Shown here: one piece after another, positions 37,170-50,244 of the stretch
How the letters are laid out: each line of letters starts with the position of its first letter
Numbering within the stretch: the stretch's first letter is position 1
Assembly (NCBI RefSeq): GCF_963921235.1
Contig: NC_086097.1
Coordinates: 68,326,001-68,390,000, forward strand
Reading direction: 5' to 3'
Source of the DNA: Mobula hypostoma
Lineage: Eukaryota
DNA: 64,000 nucleotides
Notes under the pieces: model-generated
Database searches by the model: none
Seen by the model: the letters and a program-made list of their open reading frames with translations, nothing else
Told to the model about the DNA's origin: nothing
Position numbers and translations under genes: made by a program

Positions 37170-38600
37170 TTTTTTCTGGGATCTGTCTGAAATTGTCCTT
37201 GAGAAATTGATAACGAGCTATATTCCTGAACAGTTGCAGCCTTCTAGTCGAGGTATTTCCACATCACTTAGGTAGAGAGTTCCAGATTTAAATGAATTGA
37301 TGAAAAAGAACTGGCTCTATGCCTCTAAATCAGACTGCTGTGGGACTTGAAGACGGCCCATCCAGTATTGGTGTTCTCATATCTCTACTTGTTTTGTCCG
37401 TTGTGGCGATAAAGGTCATATATTTGGGAGCAGCCATTAAAATGGCAGAGCTGAACAGCCTGTAGTGCATTCTGTAGCCGGTATGCTGGGGATCCAGAAA
37501 ATGAATGTTCAGAGTAGTTGATGGGGAAGCGATGAGGCAGACTGATTTATCATAGAAGTTACTGATCTTTTTGAGATTTGTTGGAGTTGTATTTACTCAG
37601 ACCTGTGGACAGCGTTTGTGCCTTCTGTTTGATAAAAAGGTTTGGTGTCAGAAGGAGAATCACTCTTATAGCAATGGTTTCATCCAGGATGTCCATGGTA
37701 GGGCAATCAGAGATGATGAAATCATTTAAGTTCAAAGGTAGATAGACAGACTTTCTTTCCTTGAAAATGTCCATAGTCTGACAGTTTGTTAATGCAAATG
37801 ATACATGCCACTTAGCACTATCCACTTGAATACTGTCAAGGTCTTGCTCAAGCAAGCATGGATTGCTTCATTTGCTGAGGAATCAAATTGAATGCTCTGC
37901 AATCACTAATTAATATTCCCACCTCTGAGCTTCTGAATAATGAAGCACTTAAAAATAGTTGGGCCAAATAAGCCACTCAGAGGATCTTCTGTAGTGATCT
38001 TCAGCCTGGGGTTTGCCTTTCAAAAACCATAACCAACTTCTTTCATGCAAGATATGACTCCATCCATTGGATTATCTTCCTCTTGATGCCCACTAATTCT
38101 CATTTTATCAGGATACCTTGATATCACATTTGTCAAATACTGCCTTAATGTAAAGGACAATCAGTATCAGCTTAACTTTGGAATTTAGTTCTTTGGTCTA
38201 TGCTTGAAAAAAACACTCTGATGATGTTTAGAATCATGTGATCTGGACAAAACTCAAATTCAGATTGGTGAGCAGGATATTGGTAAGTGTTGTTTGGTAG
38301 TTGACACCTTTCATCACTTTGGCTATGATTGAGAATAGACTTTAGTGAGCAATAAAACAGATTATTCTGCCCAGTAGAATAGGATATTTCTGGGAAATTT
38401 TCGGTATTTTCAGGTAGAACTGTACTGGAACAACTTAACTGGAAGGCAGATGGTCGTGGAGCACAGGAATTTTATTCCACAGCTGGTGTGTTGTCTAATC
38501 TAATGGCTTTTGCTGCATCCAGCACTCTGAATTGTTTGCTGCTGTTATGTTAAATCAGATTGTATGGTCCAGCTTCTGAGGTGGTGGAGAATTATCATCT
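37170..38600 (-). mobile_element. Ancient CR1/L2-group LINE remnant
   Basis: LEQDLDSIQVDSAKWHVSFALTNCQTM post-YADD RT motif. A related 3' fragment lies at ~59330-59600. Confidence 0.6.
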
Positions 38601-40261
38601 TGGAACATTTAGCATCTAATTGAACATATTTACACATGCATTGTGCTTATATGTAGCATTTTTCTGCTGGACACCAATCCCCAGATGTTTGTGAAGATCT
38701 TGTGAGGTTGCTTGTGCCCTGATCTGCTTTGTCATGTCCTAAATTCTATGCCAAATTTGAAGCTAAGTGGTCCATTTGATTTTATTTATTCTCTGTTTAA
38801 ATGTCATGGTAACAATACAACTGAATGGCTTACCTGATCATTTCCCAGGACATTTACAACTCAAACAGATGTGTACCATGTGTTTGGAGTCACTTTTAAG
38901 GTAGACCTGAAGAGAACATCTCCACTCCTGAAGGGTATTAATAAATCAAATGAGTTTTTGAAAGGTCCAATGAGTTTCCTGTAGTGACCATAACTAAGGT
39001 TTGTTGTTGCTTTTGTTTTGATTTGAACTCAGATGCCATATTGTTAGTCTAGACCTCTGCATTACATGAATCTAATTGCTGAACCCCCCCCCAACAAATA
39101 GACATCTGGGGATTAGTTCTGGAAAGTGCCAATAATGTAATAGACCATGAATGTAAAAAATAGAGGAGCTAGCTGGCCAACACCTCTGTCTGCTCTATTT
39201 TTGTTTTAAAGTTTCAATGACTAATGATCTTCTGTAACAAAGAGCATATGTTTATGAACCAATTACATAATGGGAATAAGCTAGATGAGTTATAGCAAGT
39301 AAAACATGAATAAATCTAAATTATCCACATTTATTTGCTGGGCTTGCTGTCTTGTTATCAGGCTTCATGTAAAATATCAGTGGTTTAGTAAGGTTTATCA
39401 ATATCTTTTACTCAGTAGAGATACCCGGATGGTATGTTGCCTCCCAGGTGCCAAGGTCAGGGATGCCTTGGATCGGGTCTATGGCATTCTAAAGGGGGAG
39501 GGTGTGCAGTCAGAAGTTTTGGTATATATTAGCACCAATGACATAGTTTGTAAAAGTAAGGAGGTCTTGAAGATAAATTTTAGGGAGCTAGGTAGAAAGC
39601 TGAAAAGTTGGGCCTCCAGGGTAGTAACCTCTGGATTGCTGCCTGTGTCACGCACCATTGAGGGTAAGAATAGGATGATTTGGCAGATGAATTCACGGCT
39701 GAGGAACTGGTGCAAGGGGCAGGGGTTCAGATTTATGGATCATTAGGATCTCTTCTGGGGAAGGTACAAGTAGAATGGGTTACACCTGAACTTGAGGGGG
39801 AGCTAATATCCTTGTGGGCAGGTTTGGTACAGCTGTTCAGGAGGGTTGAAACTAATTTGGCAGCAGGATAGGAACCAGAGTGATAGGGCTGAGGATTGGG
39901 TAGTTGGTTTACAAACAGAGGCAGTGTGTATGGAGACTGCTAGCAAGGAGAAGCTGATGACAGGGCACAATCTTCGTCAATGGGATGAGTTGCAATGTTA
40001 AGGAACTGAAAGGATAATAAGATGCAGAGGAGAGTTATATGCAGACCTCCAAACAGTAACAAAGATATGGTCTATAAATTACAAAGGAATATAGAACATT
40101 CATGTTAAAAGGGCAATGCTACAATATTTATGGGGCATCCCAGTTTTGGGAAAATCAGGTTGGTGCTAGATCCTGAAAGGGGGATCTTGTAGAATGCATA
40201 TGAGATGGCTTTTTAGAGCAGCTCATGGCTGAGCTCACAAGGGGATCAGCTATTCTGTACT

Positions 40262-43137
40262 ATGCTGATTAGTGCCTACGCTCCCACCATGACCAACCCA
40301 GATGACATTAAAGACAAGTTCTATGAAGAACTCGACGCCCTCATCTCAGTAATCCCACAGTCAGAGAAGCTCATCGTTCTCGGGGACTTCAATGCCAGAG
40401 TAGGGACAGACTACCAAACCTGGGAAGGGATCATTGGAAGACACGGCACTGGCAAGTGTAACAGCGACGGCCTTCTGCTCCTCAAGACATGTGGCACACA
40501 CGACCTTGTCATCACCAACACCCTGTTCCACCTACCCACCCGTAAGAAGACGTCATGGATGCACCCACGCTCGAAGCACTGGCATCTGATTGACTACATC
40601 ATCACCAGGAAGAGGGACAGGATGGATGTCAGAGTGACGAGAGCCATGTGTGGTGCCGACTGCTGGACCGATCACCACCTCATTGTGTCCAAGTTCAGGC
40701 TTCGCATTCTGCCCATGAGAAGACCCCAAGGGCAGAAGACTGCAAAGAGGCTGAATGTCTCCAAGCTGAAAAGCAGCAGGGTTGCAGAAGAATTCGTCAA
40801 TGACCTTGAAGGCAGACTGCCAGACACACCACAGGATGACGGGACCAGCGTTGAGGAACAGTGGACGGACTTCAGAGACGCTGTCTACACTACCGCCCTC
40901 AAACATCTCGGACCAGCAACCTGAAAAGACCAAGACTGGTTCGATGAGAATGATGAAGAAATACAGGCACTACTAAGGGAGAAACATCAACATTACAGAG
41001 TGCATCAGAACGACCCCACGTCGGTAGCCAAGAAAGGTGCCTTTACCAACGCAAGAAGAAAGGTGCAGAAAAAACTTCGCGAGATGCAGGACAGCTGGTT
41101 CAGCAAGAAGGCCGATGAAATCCAGGGCTATGCAGACAGCCACGACATAAAGCACTTCTACGATGCGCTTAAGGTTGTATACGGACCCCAGTCCTCTGGC
41201 TCCTCACCCCTCCTCAACGCAGATGAGACGCAGCTGCTGACAAAGAAGAAGCAGATTCTGGATCGGTGGGCTGAACACTTTAACAACGTCCTTAACCGCC
41301 CTGCCGACATCAACGACGAGGCCATTGCCCGCCTGCCCCAGGTAGAGATCAACAAGAACCTCGACACCCTCCCCACAGTAGATGAAGTCAGAAAGGCAGT
41401 GAAGCAACTCTCCTGTGGCAAAGCGCCAGGACCCAATGCAATCCCTGCTGAGGTATACAAAGCAGGAGGCCCTGTCATGATGCAAAAGCTGACTGTACTC
41501 TTCCAGTCCATGTGGAAAAAGGGACAGGTCCCGCAACAGCTGAAAGATGCCAGCATAGTCCACATCTACAAGAGGAAAGGCAACCGCCAGTCTTGCGTCA
41601 ACCACCGAGGCATCTCCCTCTTGTCCATTGCGGGGAAGATTCTGTCCCGTGTCCTGCTCAACCGCCTTCTCCAACATCTTGAGCAAGACCTGCTCCCAGA
41701 AAGCCAGTGCGGCTTCCGTGCTGAACGTGGGACCGCGGACATGATTTTTGCTGCGCGCCAACTCCAGGAAAAATGCCAGCAGCAACACAGCAACCTCTTC
41801 GTGACCTTTGTCGATCTAACCAAGGCTTTCGATACGGTCAGCAGAGAAGGCTTGTGGAAGATCATGGAGAAGTTTGGCTGCCCCAGCAAGTTCATCACAA
41901 TCATCCGGCAGTTCCACGACGGTATGATGGTGAAAGTTCTGGATGACGGCGACGAGTCGGAGGCCTTCCCAGTAACAAATGGCGTCAAACAAGGCTGCAC
42001 TCTTGCCCCGACTCTGTTCAGTATGGTATTCTCTGCCATGCTGACAGATGCCTTCCGTAACTACAAAGAAGGAATCCACGTCAGGTACAGGACTGACGGC
42101 AGGTTGTTCAACCTTAGGCACCTGCAGGCAGTTACAAAGGTGCAAGAGACTGTCATCAGAGACTTCTTGTTTGCTGATGACTGCGCACTCAACGCCAGCA
42201 CAAAGCAGGAGATGCAGCGTGAAATGGACTGCTTCTCACAAGCCTGCGACAACTTCTGTCTCACTATCAGCACCAAAAAGACCGAAGTTATGTACCAGCC
42301 TGCCCCAGGAAAGCCATACCAGGAGCCGCGCATCACGGTGAAGGGCCAGAACCTCCAGGCAGTCGACAACTTCACCTACCTGGGCAGCATACTCTCTCGC
42401 GCAGTGAATATAGACGCTGAGGTCAACAACAGGATTGCCAAAGCCAGCGCCGCCTTTGGGAGACTCCGTGAGAACGTCTGGGAGCGGAGAGGACTCAGCC
42501 TTACCACCAAGCTGAAGGTCTACTGTGCAGTGGTACTTACCACCCTCCTTTACGCCAGCGAGACCTGGACTGTCTACAGCAGACACGCCAAACAGCTCAA
42601 CCATTTTCACCTGAGCTGTCTCCGCAGACTCCTCCACATCAGGTGGCAGGACCAAGTCCCCGACACGGAAATCCTGGAACGAGCTGGGCTCTGCAGCGTT
42701 TACACCCTCCTGCTGAAAGCCCAAGCCAGGTGGGCTGGACATGTGGTCAGAATGCCAGACAGCCGATTGCCTAAGCAGCTGCTGTATGGAGAACTGTGTC
42801 AGGGCAAGCGCTCAGTTGGGGGGGGGGGGGCAGAAGAAACGTTACAAACACTGCCTCAAAGCGTCCCTTAAAGGCCTGGGTGTCGACATCAACACGTGGG
42901 AGACGCTTGCCCTCGACCGTCCAGCTTGGCGCAGCAAGATCACCACAGGAATCCGTGCAGCTGAAGTCAGGCGCATCATCGAGGTGCAATGAAAGCGTGC
43001 TGTGCGCAAGGCCCGAGCAGCATCCACTGCCACGACAGCACCCACCCATTTGTGTCCCACATGTGGGCGAGCCTTCAAGGCCCGGATTGGCCTCATCAGT
43101 CATCTCCAGACCCACAGTCACCAATCTCCCATTTGAC
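40262..43137 (+). pseudogene. RTE ORF (endonuclease-reverse transcriptase) with three lesions
   Basis: TGA stops at 40922 and 42990, and a frameshift in the G13 run 42818-42830. Otherwise open. Confidence 0.9.
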
Positions 43138-43187
43138 TTTGAAGCCATGGTCATCTTCGACTACGAAGGAGGAACAACAACAACAAC
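40262..43187 (+). mobile_element. Young RTE-clade LINE (AviRTE/RTE1-like), 5'-truncated
   Basis: APE motifs AYAPT and LGDFNARVG. RT motifs FVDLTKAFD, GVKQGC and LFADD. C-terminal CPTCGRAFKARIGLISHLQTH zinc finger. (CAA)n tail. Confidence 0.95.
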
Positions 43188-45477
43188 TGGGTGTTGTGCA
43201 ATGAACATGGATTGGAGAGCTGAAGGTAAAGGAACCCTTAGGAGTTACTGATTGTAATATGATAGAATTCAGACTGAAATTTGAGAAGAAGAAGCTAAAG
43301 CGAGATATATCAGTATTACAGTGAAGTAAGGGGAATTACAGAGGCATGAGAGAGGAGCTTGCCAAAATTGATTGGAAGGTAACAATAGCAGGGATGACAA
43401 TACAGCAGCAATGGCTGGAGTTTCTAGGAGCAATTCAGAAGGCACAGGATTCTAAAGGCAGGATGACACAACCGTGGCTGACATTAGAAGCCAAAACCAA
43501 CATAAAAGCCAAAGGGAGGACATATAATAGAGCAAAAATTAGTGGGAAGTTAGAGGATTGGGAAGTTTTTAGAAACTAACAGAAGGCAATAAAAAAGGTC
43601 ATAAGGAGGAAAATATGGAATACAAAGGTAAGCTAGCCAATAATATTAAAAAGGATATCAAATGATTCTTCAGGAAAATAAAGTGTAAAAGAGAGGTGAG
43701 AGTAGATACCAGACTGCTGGAAAATGATGCTGGGAGGTGGTAATGGGGGACAAGGAAATGGCAGATGAACTGAATAAGTATTCTGCAACAGTCTTCACTA
43801 TGGAACACACTGACAGTATGCCAGAAGTTTGTGAGTGTCAGGAGGCAGAAGTGAGTCAAGTTGCCATTATTAGGGAGATAATGCTTGGGAAATTGAAAGG
43901 TCTGAAGGAAGATAAGTCACCTGGACCAGATATTCTACACCCTAGGGTTCTGAAAGAGGTGGCTGAAGAGATTGCCAAGGCATTAATAATGATCTTTCAA
44001 GAATCATTAGATTCTGGTATGGTTCCAGCGGGCTGAAAAATTGCAAATGTCACTCAAGTCTTCAAAAAGGGAGAGAGGCAAAAGAAAGGAAATTACAAAC
44101 CAGTTAGTCTGACCTAAGTGGTAGGGAAGATGTTGGATTCGATGGTTAAGGATGTGGATTTGGGGTACTTGTAAGTATCTGATAAAACAGGCCTAAATCA
44201 GCATGGTTTCCTTAGGGGAAAATTTTGCATGACAAATCTATCGGAATTCTCTGAAAAAAGAACAAGCAGGACAGACAAAGGAGAATTGGTGGATGTTGTA
44301 TACTTGGATTTTCAAAAGACCTTTGACAAGGTGCCACACATGAGGCTGATAAAACCGAGTTAAGAGTCCATGGTATTACAGGAAAGATACTAGCATAGAT
44401 AGAGTATTAGCTGATTGGCAGGAGGCAAAGAATGGGAATAAAGGGAGCCTTTTCTGGTTGTCTGCCATTAACTAGTGGTGTTCCACAGGGCTTTGAGTTG
44501 AGAATGCTTCTTTTTACGTTATATGTTAATGATTTGGATGACAGAATTGATGACTTTGCGGCCAAGTTTGCAGACAATACAAAGATAGGTGGAGTAGCGG
44601 GTAGTGTTGAGGAACTAGAGAGGCTACAGGACTTGGACAGATTAAGAGAATGGGCAAAAAAGTGGCAGATGGAATACAGTGTTGAGAAGTATATCGTCAT
44701 GCACTTTGGTAGAAGAAATAAAAGTGTAGACTATTTTCTAAATGGAGAGAAAATTCAAAAATCTGAGGGGCAAAAGGACTTGAGAGTACTTGTGTGGAAT
44801 TTCCTAAAAATTAATTTGCAGGTTGAGTCAGTGGTCAGGAAGGCAAATGCGATGTTAGCATTCATTTCAAAAGGACGAGATAAAAGCAAAAATGTAACGG
44901 TTGAGGTTTTATAAGGTACTGGTGAGGCCTCACTTGGAACAGATTTGGGTCCCTTATCTAAGAAAAAATATGCTGACATTGGCGAGGGTTCAGAGGAGGT
45001 TCACAAAATTGATTCTGGGATGGAAAGGTATAACATATGAGGAGAGTTTGATGTGTCTAGGCCTGTACCCACTGGAATTCAGAAGAGTGAGTGAGGATCT
45101 TATTGAAACCAACCAAATGTTGAAAGGACTCAATGTAGTGGATGTGGAGAGGATCTTTCCTATAGTGAGGAAGTTTAAGACTAGAGAACACAGCCTCAGA
45201 ATAGAGGGACGTCCATTAGAGTGGAGATGAGGAGGAATTTCTTTAGGCCGAGAGTGGTGAATCTCTGGTGTTCGTTGTCACAGGCGACTGTGGAGGCCAA
45301 GTGATTGGGTTGACAAATTCTGAATAAGTCAGCACATGAGACTGGGGCAAAGAGGGAAATGGATCAGCCATGATGAAATGGCGCAGCTGACTTCATGGCC
45401 AAATTGCCTAATTCTGCTCTTATATCTTATGGCCTTACGATCTAATATAGTATTCAGTTTGAATAAACTTCTAAATA

Positions 45478-45996
45478 CACTCAGTAGCCACTTTATTAGG
45501 TGCATCCATGTGTCTGCTTATTAACGCAACTGTTTAATCAGCTAATCATGTGGCAGTAATTCAATACATAAAAGAATAAACACATGGTTAGGATATTCGT
45601 TTGTTGTTCAGACCAAACATCAGAATGAAGAAGAAATCTAAGTGACTTTGATATTGGAGTGATTGTTGGTGCCAGATGGAGTGGTTTGATTATCTCAGAA
45701 ACTATTGATATCCTGGAATTTTCATGCAAAAAAAACAGAACCTTTCTCTGTGGATGAAAATGGTTTCTTAATGAGAGGGGTGACACAAGAATGGCCAGAC
45801 TGTTTCAAGTTGAGACAAGAACAAGAGTAACTCAAATAAACACACATTACAGCAGTGGTGTTCAGAAGAACACATCCGAACACAAAACACGTCAAACCTT
45901 GAAGTGGATGGGCTACGGCAGCAGTAGACCACAAACGTAAACTCATTAGTCACTTTATTACATACAGGAAGTACCTAATAAAGCAGCCACTGAATG
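45478..45996. mobile_element. Tc1-like non-autonomous DNA transposon
   Basis: TA flanks. TIRs CACTCAGTAGCCACTTTATTAGG and CCTAATAAAGCAGCCACTGAATG. Confidence 0.85.
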
Positions 45997-46249
45997 TATT
46001 CGTCAGCACCAAAAGTCTACCACAGCATTCCCACCTGGAATCCCCAAACACCATAGGCAAATCATATCTGGGACCACATGAACCAAGTGGAATTATCATA
46101 ATTAATAGAAGACATTCTAATGATGACAAAAGAGAGTAATGTTTGAAGCATTTTTAATTATTTCTAAAATATCCTTATCTGAGCTTTTCTGCACATCACA
46201 TTCTAGTAATTCATTGCTGTTTGTGTTAAACATGTTGATCTCTCTGCTT

Positions 46250-47408
46250 ACGTCAAAACTAATTGCAGAACCTGGGCCTCTGTACCTCCCTCTGCAATTG
46301 GATCTTCGACTCCTTAACCAGAAGACCACAATCTGTGCAGATTGGTGATAACATATCCTCCTCGCTGACGATCAACACTGGCGCACCTCAGGGCAGTGTG
46401 CTTAGCCCACTGCTCTACTCTCTATATACACAAGACTGTGTGGTTAGGCCCATCTCAAATACCATCTATAAATTCACTGACGATACAACCATTGTTGGTG
46501 GAAACTCAGGTGGTGACGAGAGGGCATACAGGAGTGAGATATGCCAACTAGTGGAATGGTGTCACAGCAACAACCTGGCACTCAACGTCAGTAAGACAAA
46601 AGAGCTGATTGTGGACTTCAGGAAGGGTAAGATGAAGGAACACATACCAACCCTTATAGAGGGATGAGAAGTGGAGAGAATGAGCAGTTTCAAGTTCCTG
46701 GGTGTCAAGATCTCTGAGGATCCAACCTGGTCCCAACAAATAAATGTAGTTATAAAGAAGGCAAAACAGCGGCTATACTTTATTAGGAGTTTGAAGAGGT
46801 TTGACAAGTCAACAATACACTCAAAAACTTCTATAGTTGTACTGTGGAGAGCATTCTGACAGGCTGCATCACTGTCTGGTATGGGGGCGGGGGGGGGGCT
46901 ACTGCACAGGACCGAAAGAAGCTGCAGAAGGTTGTAAATCTAGGCAACTTGTTCTTGGCGACTAGCCTACAAAGTACCCAGGACACCTTCAGGGAGAAGT
47001 GTCTCAGAAAGGCGGCGTTTATTATTGAGGACCTTCAGCACCTAGGGCATGCCCTTTTCTCACTGTTACCATCAGGTAGGAGGTACAGAAGCCTGCAGGC
47101 ACACACTCAGTGATTCAGGAACAGCTTCTTCCCCTCTGCCATCCGATTCCTAAATGGACACTGAATCTTTGGACACCACCTCACTTTTTTTTAATATACA
47201 GTATTTCTGTTTTTGCACATTTTAAAAATCTATTCAATATATGTAATTGATTTACTTGATTATTTATTATTTTTTTTATTTTTATTTTATTTATTATTAT
47301 TTCTTTTCTCTGCTAGATTATATATTGTATTGAACTGCTGCTGCTAAGTTAACAAATTTCACGTCACATGCTGGTGATAATAAACCTGATTCTGATTCTG
47401 ATTCTGAT
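46250..47408 (+). mobile_element. Rex1/Babar LINE, 5'-truncated
   Basis: [18 protein letters not shown] and [10 protein letters not shown]. (GATTCT)n tail. Confidence 0.92.
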
Positions 47409-50244
47409 ACCCAGAATAGTGGGGAGGTATTGAATTGGACCTGTGGCGCTGGCAATTTCTAGGATGCATCAGTGGTTCATTAAATGCAATGAAGAATCAA
47501 ACACCATTCAACTTTCCATGGAAATCAAACTTCCCTAAGAGACATCAAAAAGCTAAAAGGAGGAAAAGGTCAGTTTTAAATTATTATATTTGTCCCCAGT
47601 ATTAAGCACAGATTACACATGGGTGCTATACTAAATGGAATATGCAAGTGTCAACACTACAGATGACCCTATTACCACTATCTTTGTTCTTAACAGCAGG
47701 GAGATCAGAATTGCAGTCTCAATGTACTTCATATTTCACATTCGTAGAATAATACTTTCAGCTTTTGTAGATGCAGAGGCATATAACCAAAATAACACCA
47801 TCGCCTGGCAAATGAAGTTCACTTTCTTGGAGCACTGTCCAGGTACTGCATGTAACACTAGCCCCGAACAAGTGATCTGCACAAAATTGGGAAATAAATG
47901 AGCAACCTAGTTAAAAAGTAAGCAGGATGGCTTTGACCTGAACACTACATGAAAAACTTTACCTGTGCATTTCCCAACAGCAGCTATCTTTAGAGCTCAG
48001 ATACCACTGAGAGGCAATCAGACTTTTAACAATACACTTCAATGGCAGACTCACTGCAATATGAATGGGCATATGAAGATGATAGAAGATGGAGAGTGCC
48101 AATGTGTGTACACCTTGCCCAATTAATCCATGGACCAAGAAGTAGCACCAACTCATTACAACCAATGGATTCATCAGGTGATTGCAGATTTCTGCACTGA
48201 GCTGCATAATATAGAGATGCTGAAATGTTTCTTAATGATGCTTATGGACAGAAATGGAATGCAGAAAAATGAATCTGCCAAAGGTTGTGCACAAACCATC
48301 AAAATTCCTGTATAGATTATTTTTTCCTAGTGTCTCCTTTTTTTTTTGTTTCAGGGTTTGATCTTTGAGTTTCTTTGAATAAATGTGAAAATGGTCACAG
48401 CTTAGATGTGCATCCAGTGTCTCACAAACCTCAGAGTCACAATGATGAATCACACTTGGATGTCTCAAGGACAATTTCCTAATGGTAGCTATTAAACTGA
48501 AAATGACGAGTAGCTAGATCTAATTTGTATTCAAAAGTTTTTATGTGCAAACTGCAAGTCTCTGCTTACCTGGCGGCCCAGTCTGATTCCAAGAGTGTTC
48601 TTTTAACCATGGAGAGATGTCTCAATAGACCTCATTGTAACTTTTAAGGACAGATGTTCTCCATGAAGTATCTATTCATGTTGGCTGGAGATGGCATTTG
48701 AGCAACAGCAGATTCACACACCATTTTCTGCCCTGTCCTGTGAGAGTTCTTTGGAAGGGACTTTGACTAAAAGCAATAACTCCATTTCTTTTTATGCAGA
48801 TGCTGCCTGTCCTGCTGAGTAGTTATAGCAATTTCTGCCTTTGTGCCTGTGACAGTTCAGTTGGCCTTGCTGCAATCAGATTTTGGGATCTATGCAAGAC
48901 GGCTTCCTCGAATTGCTGTTGCATTAGTTAATATTCCACAGTCTGAATCCAGAGCAGCAAGAGCCAAAACTTCTCAGTGAACATCTAAATCTCCCATCGT
49001 CAAGAAGGATCATTGGTTCATTGTGATTGAATTTGAAAACAAATTGGAAATGCACAAATCTAAGAAACAATGGTAGTGAAGTGATTCTTAGTCATTTAAT
49101 CAGTAAAATTTATTTAGATTAAATAATGAATCGTTTAACCATGTCTTGATATATTCCTGATAACTCATTGTTCACATTTTTAAAAATATTTCGTTTAGTA
49201 AATCTATATACTCCATAGTATAGTGATACTCTGTCCCTTAATTGGTCAGTCAAGAGATTGCAATGAAACATTTATTAAGGAGTAAAGCAAATCAGGTTAA
49301 TGTCACTCTGAAGAGAGAAATGGAATATTAATCACCTGTGGAAGAAATTCTGTTTCATCATTTTGTGAAACAACATTTCTACATTTTGAATGCATTTCAC
49401 AACATCAGTACACAGAGTCTCATGCCTATCATTTTGTGTAGCTGTATAAGTTAGGCATTGTACTTTATGAAGTCTGATTCAAGGTCAGGCTCTGAAAGCA
49501 TTACTATTAAATGCAAGATATGAATGCACAAGTATAGACATACCTAAAGTCTTTTTTTTCCTATTGAATTAGTGTTTGCAAAGTTCTGATCCTGCCATCG
49601 AGTGGTATTGTGACAAATCAAGTCAATAAACAGGATCATTTGCCATTAAAATGGCTGAGATCTGTGACTATTATCTTCACCACTTCAAGGTCTTCAATAC
49701 AGAGTATGTCATTCTTTATACTTCGTTGTTTGAGAAATGTCTGTTGAAGTCACTGATGGGAGACCTTTCATTGAATGTTGATACGTAACCTTGAAGCACA
49801 TCGCTTCAGAGTTACATAATTGAATATCTATCAACACTATATAAAAATACCTGGATAAGAACTTAAATTTATCCTCAATGAGAAGGAACAAAGGCTAAGA
49901 AATGGGATGAATTTAATATCCATTTGACCTGCTCAGACACAAAGGACCAAATGGCCTCCTTCTGTGCTTTAAATTTCAATGAATCCAGGAAATGTTGAGC
50001 ATGGGGATTCTGTCCTTTTGTGGAAAGTAATTATAAAGTCAACAATTGGAATAGTTGAAGTGATGAATAGATGTATAAGCTCTTACACCCTTCATGGACT
50101 TGTACATGCAACAGTGTAATGGCAATAATGACAATCAGCCAGTGGATATCTGCTTTTGAGGAGAGAATGCTGCCAAGGTAGGGAAAGTGGTCAACATATT
50201 TAAGGGCAATACAGTCAACTTTTATGGAGGGAAGGATAAATGGC

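Larger units (their letters stand above)
39414..45440 (+). mobile_element. CR1 LINE with ORF1 SGNH-esterase remnant and degenerate ORF2, interrupted by RTE
   Basis: MVCCLPGAKVRD..STND (CR1 ORF1 esterase), DKSPGPDILHPRVLKE, FADNTKIGG and a 3' tail near 45440. Confidence 0.9.

Noticed and set aside
38815..39070. Possible ancient SINE remnant (similar trace at ~32350-32470)
   Set aside because: It is too decayed to identify A/B boxes or boundaries by eye.
39306..39746. Stand-alone esterase gene
   Set aside because: It is the known SGNH domain of CR1 ORF1, truncated and contiguous with decayed ORF2.
40553..43154. Multiple antisense and alternate-frame ORFs of 100-190 aa
   Set aside because: They are shadows of the GC-rich RTE coding sequence.
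48570..48737. Possible minus-strand exon (acceptor-like CTCACAG, donor CAG|GTAAGC)
   Set aside because: All three frames have stops and there is no other support. It could only be a UTR exon.
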